Both the position numbers and the translations under genes were made by a program. From assembly GCA_964291415.2 (NCBI GenBank), contig OZ219918.1:992001-1056000 (forward strand): a stretch of 64,000 nucleotides of DNA, read 5' to 3'. The notes beneath the pieces are model-generated. The model was given only the letters and a program-made list of their open reading frames with translations. It had not been told where the DNA came from and made no database searches. Shown here in pieces: positions 9,751-20,363 of this stretch. The DNA comes from Alphaproteobacteria bacterium. GTDB taxonomy: Bacteria; Pseudomonadota; Alphaproteobacteria; SP197. Every line of letters begins with the position of its first letter. Within the stretch, counting starts at the first letter, position 1.

Positions 9751-10701
9751 ATGAGCGCGAACCACATCCCTGTCCTGCTCGACACGGCGCTTGCCTGTCT
9801 GCATCCGGTCGACGGCGAGATCATCGTCGATGCGACCCTTGGCGCCGGCGGCTACGCGGCAGCGCTCCTCGACACAGCGTCCTGCCGGGTCATTGCCCTC
9901 GACAGGGATCCCGTGGCGGTGCGCGAGGGTCACAGGCTGGCGCGCCGCTATGGCGGTCGGCTCACCGTCTTTGAGCGGCGTTTTTCCGAACTCGACGCCC
10001 TTGTCCGCGACGAGGTGGGAGGGCCCGTCGACGGCGCCGTCTTCGATCTCGGTGTCTCGTCGACGCAGATCGACGATGCCGGACGCGGTTTTTCCTTCCG
10101 CCTCGACGGTCCCCTCGATATGCGCATGGGCGCCACGGGACCGACCGCTGCCGATGCGGTCAACACGCTCGACGAGGACGGTCTTCACCGGATTATCGGC
10201 GAGTTCGGGGAAGAACGCCGGGCACGGGCCGTGGCGCGGGCGATCGTCAGGGCGCGTGCCGCATCGCCGATCACGCGGACCGGTGAACTTGCCGATATCG
10301 TGCGCCGCACCGTGCGGCAGCCTCCCGGAGGGATCGACCCCGCCACCCGGACATTCCAGGGCCTGCGTATCTGGGTCAACCAGGAGCTGCGGGAGATCGA
10401 GGAAGGTCTCCTGGCCGCCGAAGCCGTCCTGCGGGAAGGTGGACGCCTCGTGGTTGTCGCCTTCCACTCCCTGGAGGACCGGATCGTCAAGCGGTTCCTG
10501 CGACAGCGCAGTGGCCGCGGCGCCCGTCCGGGACGCCATCAACCTCCTGCCGGCGAAGCGCCGGAGCCGACATTCCGTCTCGTGACGACGCGCCCGGTGC
10601 GTCCCTCGGCCGCCGAGACCGGGGCCAATCCACGGGCCCGGTCGGCACGTCTGCGCCATGCGGTGAGGACATCGGCGCCATCCTGGGAGTTGGCCGCATG
10701 A
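9751..10701 (+). CDS. rsmH: 16S rRNA m4C1402 methyltransferase
   Basis: HIPVLL, DATLGAGGY, DLGVSS.Q.D...RGFSF, FHSLEDR, NPRARSA. Confidence 0.97.
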   Translation: MSANHIPVLLDTALACLHPVDGEIIVDATLGAGGYAAALLDTASCRVIALDRDPVAVREGHRLARRYGGRLTVFERRFSELDALVRDEVGGPVDGAVFDLGVSSTQIDDAGRGFSFRLDGPLDMRMGATGPTAADAVNTLDEDGLHRIIGEFGEERRARAVARAIVRARAASPITRTGELADIVRRTVRQPPGGIDPATRTFQGLRIWVNQELREIEEGLLAAEAVLREGGRLVVVAFHSLEDRIVKRFLRQRSGRGARPGRHQPPAGEAPEPTFRLVTTRPVRPSAAETGANPRARSARLRHAVRTSAPSWELAA

Positions 10702-11036
10702 CCGCGCGCGGCGGATGGCTGTGGATGATCGGGGCGCTTGTCGCGGCGCTCATTGCCTTTTCCCAGCACCAACACGCCAGGGACCTCAGGCACGAACTGG
10801 AAGCGCTGGAGGACGATCTCGCCGAACGGCGCGAGAACGTCAGGGTGCTCGCCGCCGAGTGGAGCTATCTCAGCCGGCCTGAACGCATCAAGGATCTCGC
10901 GAACCGCCATCTTGCGGAACTTGTGCCGGTTTCCGTGCATCAGCTTTCTCCGGTGTCCGGCATACCGCTGGCGCCGCCCCCGATCACCATCGGCACCACC
11001 TGGGACAAGTCAGCCGCCGGGGAGGAGGGATTGTGA
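10698..11036 (+). CDS. ftsL: Cell division protein FtsL
   Basis: TM segment, coiled coil and LAAEWSYLSRPERI; lies between rsmH and ftsI. Confidence 0.88.
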   Translation: MTARGGWLWMIGALVAALIAFSQHQHARDLRHELEALEDDLAERRENVRVLAAEWSYLSRPERIKDLANRHLAELVPVSVHQLSPVSGIPLAPPPITIGTTWDKSAAGEEGL

Positions 11037-12730
11037 CCGGTCAGGCAGATCACGGAGCGCCGCTGGTTCTGGAAGGTGCCAGCAAGCAGGCGGTGGGATT
11101 GTGCAAGCAACGCCTGATGGTGGTGGCGATGTGCATTCTGACTGCCTTCGTCGTCATTGGAGGGCGTCTCGTCGACGTCATGGGTGTGACGCCGGTGGAG
11201 GCAGGGCTGGTGGCGGAGGCGACGGCGCCGAAGGAGCGGGCCAACATTGTTGACCGCAACGGCGTTCTGCTGGCCTCTAGCCTGTCGGTCGCCTCGCTCT
11301 ATGTCGATCCGGCCGAGGTCACGGATCCGCAGGCAACGGCGACAGCGCTTCTCCAGGTTTTCCCGGACATGGACCGCGACCATCTCCTGGGATTGCTGAC
11401 GAGCAGCAGGCGGTTCGAATGGATCCGCCGCAAGCTCGAACCGAGCGTGCAGGAGGCGGTGCGCGATCTCTACCAGCCGGGTCTCGACTTTGCCGCCGAG
11501 GAGCGGCGCATCTGGCCCCAGGGGCCGCTGACGTCCCACGTGGTCGGGTATACGGATATCGACGGCCGGGGCCTGGCGGGAATCGAACAGGCGTTCGATG
11601 AGCGTCTGCTTGCCGATAGCGGGGGCGACGTCACGCTGTCCCTCGATGTCCGCGTCCAGCAGATGGTTCGCGACGAACTCCTGCGCGCCGTCGAAACGTT
11701 CTCGGCCAAGGGTGGAACCGCCCTGGTCATGGATGTTCACAGCGCAGAGATCCTTGCCATGGTGTCCCTGCCGGACTTCGATCCGGCCAATCCGGCAGCC
11801 AGCGACCCCGTCAGCCGGTTCAATCGGGCGACGCTGGGCGCCTACGAACTGGGGTCCATTTTCAAGACCTTCACGGCCGCCATGGCCTACGAGGCAGGCG
11901 TTGCCCGGCTCGGCGACTCGTTCGATGCGTCGCAGCCCATCACGGCCGGTCGTTTCACGATCACCGACTACAAGCCGCAGAACCGCTGGCTGACCTTGCC
12001 GGAGATCATGGTGCACTCCTCCAACATCGGCGCGGCGCGCCTGGCGCTGGCGGTGGGGAGCGACTATCAGAAGGCGTTCCTCGAGCGTGTCGGCCTGCTC
12101 ACCCGGTCCGCGATTGAAGTGCCCGAGGTCGGGCGCCCGCTCTATCCCTCGAGGTGGGGCACGCTCAGCACCATCACCATCGGTTTCGGCCACGGCATTG
12201 CCGTATCGCCGGTACAGGTTGCCGCGGCCGTGGCCGCCATGGTCAACGGTGGCCTGTTCCGTCAGCCGACCCTCCTCAAACGGCAGGGCGAACCGGACCC
12301 CGGCCACAGGGTAATCGCCGAGAAGACATCGGAAACGGTGCGCATGCTGACCCATCTCGTGGCTCGCTTCGGCAGTGGCCGCAAGGCCCAGGTCGACGGC
12401 TATCTCATCGGCGGCAAGACGGGCACGGCCGAACAGCCGGGCGAATCGCGCCGCTACGACAGGAGAAAGCTGATCTCGTCATTCGTCGCCGCCTTCCCGA
12501 TCAATGATCCGCAGTACGTGGTGCTCCTTTCCGTCGACGAACCGAAGGGAACCGAGGACACCTTCGGCTACGCCACGGCCGGCTGGACCGCCGCTCCTGC
12601 GGTCGGAAACATCATTGCGCGCCTCGGTCCCATGCAGGGGGTCCTCCCGGATGGCGGAGTCTTTGTCGGCCTGCCGGAGGCTGACGGCGACCCGGAGGAG
12701 CAGCTGGAGATGATCGTTGCGTCTTTCTGA
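11033..12730 (+). CDS. ftsI: Peptidoglycan D,D-transpeptidase FtsI (PBP3)
   Basis: RANIVDRNG, ELGSIFK (SxxK), SSN, GKTGTA. Confidence 0.95.
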   Translation: MTGQADHGAPLVLEGASKQAVGLCKQRLMVVAMCILTAFVVIGGRLVDVMGVTPVEAGLVAEATAPKERANIVDRNGVLLASSLSVASLYVDPAEVTDPQATATALLQVFPDMDRDHLLGLLTSSRRFEWIRRKLEPSVQEAVRDLYQPGLDFAAEERRIWPQGPLTSHVVGYTDIDGRGLAGIEQAFDERLLADSGGDVTLSLDVRVQQMVRDELLRAVETFSAKGGTALVMDVHSAEILAMVSLPDFDPANPAASDPVSRFNRATLGAYELGSIFKTFTAAMAYEAGVARLGDSFDASQPITAGRFTITDYKPQNRWLTLPEIMVHSSNIGAARLALAVGSDYQKAFLERVGLLTRSAIEVPEVGRPLYPSRWGTLSTITIGFGHGIAVSPVQVAAAVAAMVNGGLFRQPTLLKRQGEPDPGHRVIAEKTSETVRMLTHLVARFGSGRKAQVDGYLIGGKTGTAEQPGESRRYDRRKLISSFVAAFPINDPQYVVLLSVDEPKGTEDTFGYATAGWTAAPAVGNIIARLGPMQGVLPDGGVFVGLPEADGDPEEQLEMIVASF

Positions 12731-14177
12731 CCTCATCGAAGGCCTGCCTGCGCGCCATCGTCACCGGATGCCCGACATCGACATTTCCGGTCTTGCGTCC
12801 GATTCGAGACAGGTCCGCCAGGGACATCTCTTCGCGGCCTTCAGGGGCAGCCGAACCGATGGCCGGTGTTTCATTGCCGACGCCCTCGATCGCGGCGCGG
12901 TTGCGGTTCTCGCCGTGGACGATGCCGGGATGCCGGCGCTCGAAGGAAGGGCGGCCGTCGTGGCTGCCGCCGATCCGCGCCACGTCTTCGCTCGCATGTG
13001 CGCCCGTTTCCACGCACCGCCGCCCGACGTTGTCGTGGCGGTGACCGGGACCAACGGCAAGAGTTCGGTGGTCGACTTCTGCCGCCAGTTCTGGTCTGTC
13101 CTGGGTGTCCGGGCCGCCTCCTTCGGTACACTCGGCATGGTGACGCCTGAAGGCATTCAGGGTCTCGGACACACCACCCCCGATCCTGCCGGCCTGCATG
13201 CCTGCCTTGGCCGCCTGCGCGACCGCAACATCGATCGCGTCGCCCTCGAGGCGTCAAGCCACGGCCTCCACCAGCGACGCCTTGACGGTCTTCGAGTCGA
13301 TGCGGCGGCCTTTACCAGCTTCAGCCGGGACCATCTCGACTACCACGTCACCGCCGAATCCTATCTGGAGGCAAAACTGCATCTCTTCGACCTGTTGCGG
13401 GAAGGCGCCACGGCCGTTGTCAACGCCGACATGGCTGAATACGGGGCCGTGGCCGACCGGTTGGGGAACCGGGCCATCGTGTCGTTCGGCGAGACGCCGG
13501 GCGACATCACCCTCGAGAGCCTGGCGGACACCGGGAACGGCCATCAGGTCCTCGAGGTCAGGGCGGCTGGCGTCACCCGCACCGTCATGCTGCCGCTCGC
13601 CGGGCGCTTCCAGGCCATGAATGTCCTGTGTGCCGCGGCCCTGGTTGCCGCTGTCGAGGATCAACCGGTACACGACATCCTTGCCCTCGCAGGTCATCTG
13701 GACTGTGTTCCGGGGCGCCTCGAAATGGTTCCCGGCCATCCGGCCGGTGCCCGGGTCTACGTCGACTACGCGCACACGCCCGATGCCCTTGCCACGGTGC
13801 TCGCCGGCCTGCGCGGCACGACCGAGGGGCGCCTGGCCGTGGTCTTCGGCTGCGGCGGTGACCGCGACCGTGAAAAGCGGCCGCAGATGGGCGCCATCGC
13901 CGCGCGTCTCGCCGACGACGTCTGCGTGACCGACGACAATCCTCGCAGCGAGGATGCGGCCTTGATCCGGCGCGCCATTCTCGCGGCGGCGCCCGGGGCG
14001 CGAGAGAGCGGAGATCGCCGCGAAGCCATCCAGAGCGCCGTGGCCTCGCTGGGTGGCAACGATGTGCTGGTTGTGGCCGGCAAGGGACACGAGAGGGGGC
14101 AGGTCGTGAACGGCGATGTCCTTCCCTTTGACGACCGCGAGGAGGTGAGACGCGCCTTCCGGCGAGGTGGATCATGA
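12717..14177 (+). CDS. murE: UDP-MurNAc-tripeptide synthetase (meso-DAP type)
   Basis: VTGTNGKSS, EASSHGL, DYAHTPD, GCGGDRD, DNPR, AGKGHE. Confidence 0.97.
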   Translation: MRLSDLIEGLPARHRHRMPDIDISGLASDSRQVRQGHLFAAFRGSRTDGRCFIADALDRGAVAVLAVDDAGMPALEGRAAVVAAADPRHVFARMCARFHAPPPDVVVAVTGTNGKSSVVDFCRQFWSVLGVRAASFGTLGMVTPEGIQGLGHTTPDPAGLHACLGRLRDRNIDRVALEASSHGLHQRRLDGLRVDAAAFTSFSRDHLDYHVTAESYLEAKLHLFDLLREGATAVVNADMAEYGAVADRLGNRAIVSFGETPGDITLESLADTGNGHQVLEVRAAGVTRTVMLPLAGRFQAMNVLCAAALVAAVEDQPVHDILALAGHLDCVPGRLEMVPGHPAGARVYVDYAHTPDALATVLAGLRGTTEGRLAVVFGCGGDRDREKRPQMGAIAARLADDVCVTDDNPRSEDAALIRRAILAAAPGARESGDRREAIQSAVASLGGNDVLVVAGKGHERGQVVNGDVLPFDDREEVRRAFRRGGS

Positions 14178-15568
14178 GCCGCGACAGACTGTGGACCGAC
14201 AAGAGCGCCTCGCGGGCGACCGGAGGGCGCCCCACCATGCCCTTCGAGGCGGATGGTGTTGCCTTCGACAGCCGGGAGGTGTGCCGGAGCGATCTCTTCG
14301 TGGCGCTGCCCGGGAGCGTCACGGACGGTCACCGCCATGTCGGGCACGCCTTCGAAAACGGTGCGGCGGCGGCCATGGTCAATCACGAGCCTGCAGGCGT
14401 GCCCGCCGCGTCGCCGCTGCTGCTCGTCGTCGACACCTTCCAGGGGTTGCAGGACCTTGCCAGGGCGGCACGGCAGCGGACATCGGCACGGATCGCGGCG
14501 GTGACGGGAAGTGTCGGCAAGACGGGAACCAAGGACATGATGCACCGGGTGCTGGCGCACCAGGGCCTCGCCCACGCCAGCGACCGCAGCCACAACAACC
14601 AGGTCGGCACGCCTTTGTCCCTGGCGCGCATGCCGCAGGCTGCGGACTACGGCGTTTTCGAGATCGGTACCAATGCACCAGGCGAGATCCGGCCCCTTGC
14701 CCTCATGGTTCGCCCTCATGTGGCGCTCGTGACCACGATCGAACCCGTGCACATCGGCAACTTCGCAAGCGAGGAGGCACTCGTCGAGGAGAAGGCCGCA
14801 ATCTTCGACGGTCTCGACGAAGACGGCGTGGCGATCATCAATGCCGACAACCGCCATGCGGCGGCCCTCGAGGATCATGCGGCTCGGCGCGGGGTGGCGG
14901 TCGTCCGCTTCGGTTGCTCGCCGCAGGCAGATTTCAGTCTCGTGCGCTGGACGCCGGTGGCGACCGGATCCCGGGTGAGAGTGGCGGTGGCGGACAGGGA
15001 GTTCGACTACGAACTCTCCCTTCATGGACGCCACCTGGCGCTCAACAGCGTTGCCGTGCTGGCCGCTGTCGAGGCTCTGGGCGGAGACATCGGCGAAGCG
15101 GCAGCGTCGCTGGCCGCCATCCTTCCCCTGCCCGGGCGCGGCGCCCGACGCACCATCGCGCTTCCCGGTGGCCGGGCCGTCATCATCGACGAAACCTACA
15201 ATGCGAGCCCGGTGGCCGTGCGTGCCGCTCTCGACGTGCTGGCCCGCACGCCGACGGATCCGGGAGGCCGGCGCATCGCGGTTCTCGGCGACATGGCAGA
15301 GCTTGGTGAGGGTGCCGCCTTCCACCACGCCGGCCTTGCCGACATGGCCGGCGCGGTGGCGGACCAGGTCTATACCGTCGGTCCCCTCATGAGCCATCTC
15401 ATGGATGCCCTGCCACCTGCCTGCCGGGGCGGGTCGGCCTGCGATTCACGAACCATGGCGACGCTTCTCGCCGACTGCCTGCTGCCGGGTGACGTGGTGC
15501 TCGTCAAGGGATCGCGGCGCATGGGTCTCGAGTCCGTGGTTGAAGCGTTCGTGGGAAGGGGAGGCTAG
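14174..15568 (+). CDS. murF: UDP-MurNAc-tripeptide--D-Ala-D-Ala ligase
   Basis: [39 protein letters not shown]. Confidence 0.96.
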   Translation: MSRDRLWTDKSASRATGGRPTMPFEADGVAFDSREVCRSDLFVALPGSVTDGHRHVGHAFENGAAAAMVNHEPAGVPAASPLLLVVDTFQGLQDLARAARQRTSARIAAVTGSVGKTGTKDMMHRVLAHQGLAHASDRSHNNQVGTPLSLARMPQAADYGVFEIGTNAPGEIRPLALMVRPHVALVTTIEPVHIGNFASEEALVEEKAAIFDGLDEDGVAIINADNRHAAALEDHAARRGVAVVRFGCSPQADFSLVRWTPVATGSRVRVAVADREFDYELSLHGRHLALNSVAVLAAVEALGGDIGEAAASLAAILPLPGRGARRTIALPGGRAVIIDETYNASPVAVRAALDVLARTPTDPGGRRIAVLGDMAELGEGAAFHHAGLADMAGAVADQVYTVGPLMSHLMDALPPACRGGSACDSRTMATLLADCLLPGDVVLVKGSRRMGLESVVEAFVGRGG

Positions 15569-15572
15569 ATCG

Positions 15573-16661
15573 GTGTTCCACGGCCTCTATCCCCTCATCT
15601 CGGATGATGTCGGCGCCTTGCGCCTGTTTTCCTTCATCACCTTCCGCACCGGCGGCGCCATCATGACCGCGCTGATCATCAGTCTGCTGTTCGGTGACCG
15701 CATCATCGCCTGGCTGAAGACTTTCCAGGTCCATGGGCAACCGATCAGGGATGACGGACCGGCGCACCACCTGGTCACCAAGGCGGGGACACCGACCATG
15801 GGCGGTGTCCTCATCCTGCTGTCGGTCACCCTGTCGACGCTGCTGTGGGCGGATCTTTCCAACGGCTTCGTGTGGATCGTGCTGCTCGTGGCACTCGGGT
15901 TCGGGGCGCTGGGTCTGGTGGATGACTATCTCAAGGTCTCGGCGCACTCCAGCAAGGGACTGGCCGGGCGGACCCGTCTCGTCGCGGAGGCGGTGGCGGC
16001 GCTGGCTGCCGCCCTGACGATCGCCTGGCTGACCGGCGGAACGCTCGGCACATCCCTGGCTCTGCCCTTCTTCAAGGACCTGCTGATCGACCTGGGGTGG
16101 TTCTACCTCGCCTTTTCCGCCTTCGTGATCGTCGGCACCTCCAATGCCGTCAATCTCACCGACGGCCTCGATGGCCTGGCGATCGGACCGATCATCGTCG
16201 CCGCAATGACCTTTGGCATTGTCGCCTATCTTTCAGGTCACGCCGTCTATTCCGAGTACCTGCAGCTTCCCGCGGTTCCGGGTTCGGGCGAACTGGCGGT
16301 GCTGTGTGGCGCCCTGATGGGCGCCGGGCTCGGGTTCCTGTGGTTCAATGCGCCGCCGGCCATGATCTTCATGGGCGACACCGGCAGCCTGGCAACGGGA
16401 GCGGCGCTCGGCACCATCGCCGTCATCACCAAGCATGAACTTGTGCTCGCCGTAGTGGGCGGAATCTTCGTGCTGGAAACGGTGTCGGTGATCCTCCAGG
16501 TGGCGTCCTTCCGGCTGACCGGACGCCGCATTTTCGCCATGGCTCCCATCCACCACCACTTCGAACGCAAGGGCTGGAGTGAAGCGACGATCGTCATCCG
16601 ATTCTGGATCATCGCCGCGGTGCTGGCATTGATCGGCCTGGCCACTCTCAAGTTGCGGTAG
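15573..16661 (+). CDS. mraY: Phospho-N-acetylmuramoyl-pentapeptide transferase
   Basis: [39 protein letters not shown]; GTG start inferred. Confidence 0.97.
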   Translation: MFHGLYPLISDDVGALRLFSFITFRTGGAIMTALIISLLFGDRIIAWLKTFQVHGQPIRDDGPAHHLVTKAGTPTMGGVLILLSVTLSTLLWADLSNGFVWIVLLVALGFGALGLVDDYLKVSAHSSKGLAGRTRLVAEAVAALAAALTIAWLTGGTLGTSLALPFFKDLLIDLGWFYLAFSAFVIVGTSNAVNLTDGLDGLAIGPIIVAAMTFGIVAYLSGHAVYSEYLQLPAVPGSGELAVLCGALMGAGLGFLWFNAPPAMIFMGDTGSLATGAALGTIAVITKHELVLAVVGGIFVLETVSVILQVASFRLTGRRIFAMAPIHHHFERKGWSEATIVIRFWIIAAVLALIGLATLKLR

Positions 16662-16666
16662 GCGCC

Positions 16667-18121
16667 ATGATCGATCTCTCCCAGCATGCCGGCAAGTCGA
16701 TCGCGGTCTTCGGACTGGGAAAGTCGGGCATATCGGCAGCCCTGGCCCTGCAGAGCGGCGGAGCCGAGGTCAGCGCATGGGACGATGATCCCTTGCGCCG
16801 GACCATGGCGGAAGACCTCGGGGTCACGCTCAACGATCTCTACCGTACCGAATGGGATGCCTTTACAAGCCTTGTGCTGTCCCCGGGTGTTCCGCTGACC
16901 CATCCTGCCCCGCACCCCCTGGTGGCGCGGGCGCTGATCACCAGGATCGAGATCGTCGGCGACATGGAGCTCTTTGCCCGATCCCGGCCATCCGGCCGCG
17001 TGGTGGGAGTGACCGGCACCAACGGCAAGTCGACGACGTCGGCACTCGTCACGCATCTGTTGCAGGCCGCCGGCCGGGAAGTCCAGCTGGGTGGCAACAT
17101 TGGTGTTCCGGTGCTCGATCTCGAAGCGGGAAGCGATGACGGAATCTATGTTCTCGAACTTTCTTCCTTCCAGCTCGATCTGATCCGTTCGCTGGTCAGC
17201 GATGTCGCCGTGTTGCTCAACATTGCGCCCGATCACATCGAACGCCATGGTGACTTCCCGAACTACATCGCCTCCAAGACGCGAATCTTCACCCGGCGCG
17301 CCTCGTCACAGACCGCCATCATCGGCGTCGACGACGACATATGCCGGCGTATCCACTCCGAACTTGCCGGGCGCCGCGGACGGTCCGTCGTTCCGGTATC
17401 GGCGCAACGCGTCATCAGGCGGGGTGTGCGGATTCACGACGGTGTTCTCATTGACGACCTTGAAGGCCGCGCCGTCGAAATTGCGGATCTCGCCTGCCTG
17501 CCGTCGTTGCGGGGCGTCCACAACATGCAGAATGCAGCGGCCGCCTATGCCGTGATTCGCACCCTCGGCGTCGACGGCAGGGAGGTCGCCGATGCCTTTG
17601 CGACCTTCTCCGGGCTGGCCCACCGCCAGGAGGTTGTCGCCGAATTCAGTCGCGTGACCTTCGTCAACGACAGCAAGGCCACGAACGCCGAATCCGCTGC
17701 TCGCGGGCTCTCCTGTTTCGACAACATCTACTGGATCGCCGGCGGCCGCGCCAAGGATGGCGGCATCGCGACCCTGTCGGCCCACTTCCCGAGGATGGTC
17801 CATGCCTTTCTCATCGGCGAGGCGGCCGGTGCCCTGGCGCAAACACTCGACGGCCAGGTGCCCTTCACGAACTGCGGTGATCTCGAGACCGCGGTTGCCC
17901 GGGCGACGCGGATGGCGCTGGACGACCGCAGGTCAGGGGCCGTGGTCCTGCTGTCACCGGCCTGTGCGTCCTTCGACCAGTTTTCCAGCTTCGAGGAAAG
18001 AGGGGACCGTTTTCGCGAGCTTGTCCTCGCCGAAACCAGCAACCGCGCCGACAAGCCGGCAGCGGCGGCCAGGACGCCGGCGCGCAAGACGCGCTCCACA
18101 ACCGGCAGGGACGAGCGATGA
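16667..18121 (+). CDS. murD: UDP-MurNAc-L-Ala--D-Glu ligase
   Basis: GLGKSG, TGTNGKST, ELSSFQL, NDSKATN, LSPACASFDQF. Confidence 0.97.
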   Translation: MIDLSQHAGKSIAVFGLGKSGISAALALQSGGAEVSAWDDDPLRRTMAEDLGVTLNDLYRTEWDAFTSLVLSPGVPLTHPAPHPLVARALITRIEIVGDMELFARSRPSGRVVGVTGTNGKSTTSALVTHLLQAAGREVQLGGNIGVPVLDLEAGSDDGIYVLELSSFQLDLIRSLVSDVAVLLNIAPDHIERHGDFPNYIASKTRIFTRRASSQTAIIGVDDDICRRIHSELAGRRGRSVVPVSAQRVIRRGVRIHDGVLIDDLEGRAVEIADLACLPSLRGVHNMQNAAAAYAVIRTLGVDGREVADAFATFSGLAHRQEVVAEFSRVTFVNDSKATNAESAARGLSCFDNIYWIAGGRAKDGGIATLSAHFPRMVHAFLIGEAAGALAQTLDGQVPFTNCGDLETAVARATRMALDDRRSGAVVLLSPACASFDQFSSFEERGDRFRELVLAETSNRADKPAAAARTPARKTRSTTGRDER

Positions 18122-19242
18122 CCACCTTCGATCGCACGGACCGGAGCATGGTGGCCCGCTGGTGGTGGACCATCGATCGCTGGAACATGTCGGCCCTGTT
18201 CATCATCATGGTGTTCGGAGCCATCCTGATCCTCGCCGCCAGCCCGCCGGTCGCCGAACGCATCGGTGTTGACGCTTTCCACTTTGCCGAGCGGCAGTTT
18301 CTGTTCCTGGTCCCGGCGGTGGCCATCCTGGTGAGCCTCTCCCTGCTCGATCCGGCTCAGGTCCGGCGCGCCGGTCTCGCCCTGATGATCGTCTCCTTCG
18401 CCCTCCTGGTCGTGACCCTGCTGGTTGCCGCGAAGACCAAGGGCGCACAGCGGTGGATTCCCCTGGGCGCCTTGTCGCTCCAGGCCTCCGAGTTTGCCAA
18501 GCCGGCCCTTGCCATCACCACGGCATGGCTGTTGGCCACGGGCAGGCACGTCCCCGGGTTTCCGGGAGTTCTCCTCTCATGCGTGCTGACGGCGCTCGTC
18601 GCCGGTCTGCTGATCCTGCAGCCGGACTTCGGGACCACCATCATCGTGCTCGCCGTCTGGGGCAGCCAGCTTTTCCTCGGCGGCCTGCCCTTCCTGGTGG
18701 TGGCCGCTGTCGCCGTGGCGGCAGCACTCGGCCTCTTCATCGGCTATCAGCAGTTCGAATATGTCAGGGATCGCATCAACGGTTTCTTCGATCCGGAGTC
18801 CGTCGATACCTACCAGGTCGAGATGTCGCTTCGCTCCTTCCAGTCCGGTGGCCTCCAGGGACGCGGACCGGGTGAGGGCGTGATCAAGGATCATCTGCCT
18901 GACGCTCACTCGGACTTCATCTTTGCTGTCGGCGGCGAGGAGTTCGGGCTCATCGCCTGTCTGGTGCTGGTGTCTCTTTATGCCTTCGTGGCGCTGCGCG
19001 GATTCGTGCGACTGCGCGACGAACGGGATCTCTTCGTGCTCCTCGCGGTGGCCGGTCTGGTCATCCAGTTCGCCGTCCAGGCGGTGGTCAACATGGGGGT
19101 TGCGCTGAGGCTGCTGCCGACCACGGGAATGACTCTCCCCTTTGTTTCCTATGGCGGATCCTCGCTGATCGCCATGGCCATTGGCATGGGCCTGATGCTG
19201 GCGCTGACGCGTCGGCGCCCGAACCGGGGGCGGCCGTCATGA
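18118..19242 (+). CDS. ftsW: Cell division SEDS glycosyltransferase FtsW
   Basis: KGAQRWI, Q.SEF.KP, LQPDFG, PDAHSDFIF, LPFVSYGGSS. Confidence 0.96.
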   Translation: MTTFDRTDRSMVARWWWTIDRWNMSALFIIMVFGAILILAASPPVAERIGVDAFHFAERQFLFLVPAVAILVSLSLLDPAQVRRAGLALMIVSFALLVVTLLVAAKTKGAQRWIPLGALSLQASEFAKPALAITTAWLLATGRHVPGFPGVLLSCVLTALVAGLLILQPDFGTTIIVLAVWGSQLFLGGLPFLVVAAVAVAAALGLFIGYQQFEYVRDRINGFFDPESVDTYQVEMSLRSFQSGGLQGRGPGEGVIKDHLPDAHSDFIFAVGGEEFGLIACLVLVSLYAFVALRGFVRLRDERDLFVLLAVAGLVIQFAVQAVVNMGVALRLLPTTGMTLPFVSYGGSSLIAMAIGMGLMLALTRRRPNRGRPS

Positions 19243-20363
19243 GCGTCAGGGTCATGCTTGCCGCCGGTGGTACCGGCGGACACCTGATTCCGGCACTTTC
19301 CGTTGCCGGCGAACTGATGCGCCGCGGCCATGCGGTCACGGCCGTGACCGACCGGCGCGGCGCCGTTCTTGCCCGCCGGCTCAGTGACATTCCGGTGCGC
19401 GAGGTGAGAGCGGCCAGTCCCGCCGGCCGTACCATGGCCGGCAAGGTTGCGGCCGGTGTCACCATGCTTGCCGGGTGTGTCGGCGCGTTCCGTCTGATCC
19501 ATGCGGAAAGGCCGGCGGTCGTGGCGGGATTCGGCGGTTATCCGACGATACCACCCCTTGCCGCCGCGCAGCTTCGCGGTGTGCCGGTGCTGATTCACGA
19601 GCAGAATGCCGTTCTTGGCCGGGCCAATCGTCTCCTTGCCCCCAGGGCCACGGTGGTGGCCACTTCGTTTGCCGAAACGCGCCCCGAGACGGCGCGGCGG
19701 ACGGTCACCGTGGGTGTTCCGGTCCGCGACGCCATTGCGGCCCTCGACCGCGTCGCGTACCGGCCGCCGGGCCCGCAAGAGGATGTCAATCTCCTGGTGG
19801 TTGGAGGAAGCCAGGGAGCCGGAATCTTCAGCACCCTCCTGCCCGACGCCGGACAATGCCTCGATGGCGCCCTGCGGCAACGCCTCAGGGTGGTGCAGCA
19901 GTGCCGGGACGAAGACGTCGGGCGTACTGCGGCGGCCTGGCGGGCGCTGGGTGTGACGGCGACGGTGGCGCCATTCTTCGAAGACATGGCCGGGCATCTC
20001 GCACAGGCGCATCTGGTGGTCGCCCGGGCAGGAGCCTCGACCATCGCCGAACTCGCGGTGTCGGGCCGGCCGTCGGTCCTGGTTCCGTTTCCCGGGGCGG
20101 CGGACGACCACCAGACAGCGAATGCCTCTGTTGTCGTCCGGGCCGGCGGCGGTTGGCTCGTCGACGAAAAGGAAACCGATGCCCGCTCCCTTGCCGCACG
20201 TCTGGAATCGCTCATGACGTCGCCGGCGATGCTGGCGTGCGCTGCCGGCAACGTGCGCCGCCTTGCCCGCGCCGATGCCGCCGCGGCGCTTGCCGAGACG
20301 ATCGAGGCTCTTGCCGCCGGCAATGGCCGTGCCTGCCGGGTGCTGAAGGAGCAGGAGGCATGA
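19239..20363 (+). CDS. murG: Lipid II GlcNAc transferase
   Basis: AGGTGGH, GFGGY, HEQN, GGSQGA, RAGAST, HQTANA. Confidence 0.97.
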   Translation: MSVRVMLAAGGTGGHLIPALSVAGELMRRGHAVTAVTDRRGAVLARRLSDIPVREVRAASPAGRTMAGKVAAGVTMLAGCVGAFRLIHAERPAVVAGFGGYPTIPPLAAAQLRGVPVLIHEQNAVLGRANRLLAPRATVVATSFAETRPETARRTVTVGVPVRDAIAALDRVAYRPPGPQEDVNLLVVGGSQGAGIFSTLLPDAGQCLDGALRQRLRVVQQCRDEDVGRTAAAWRALGVTATVAPFFEDMAGHLAQAHLVVARAGASTIAELAVSGRPSVLVPFPGAADDHQTANASVVVRAGGGWLVDEKETDARSLAARLESLMTSPAMLACAAGNVRRLARADAAAALAETIEALAAGNGRACRVLKEQEA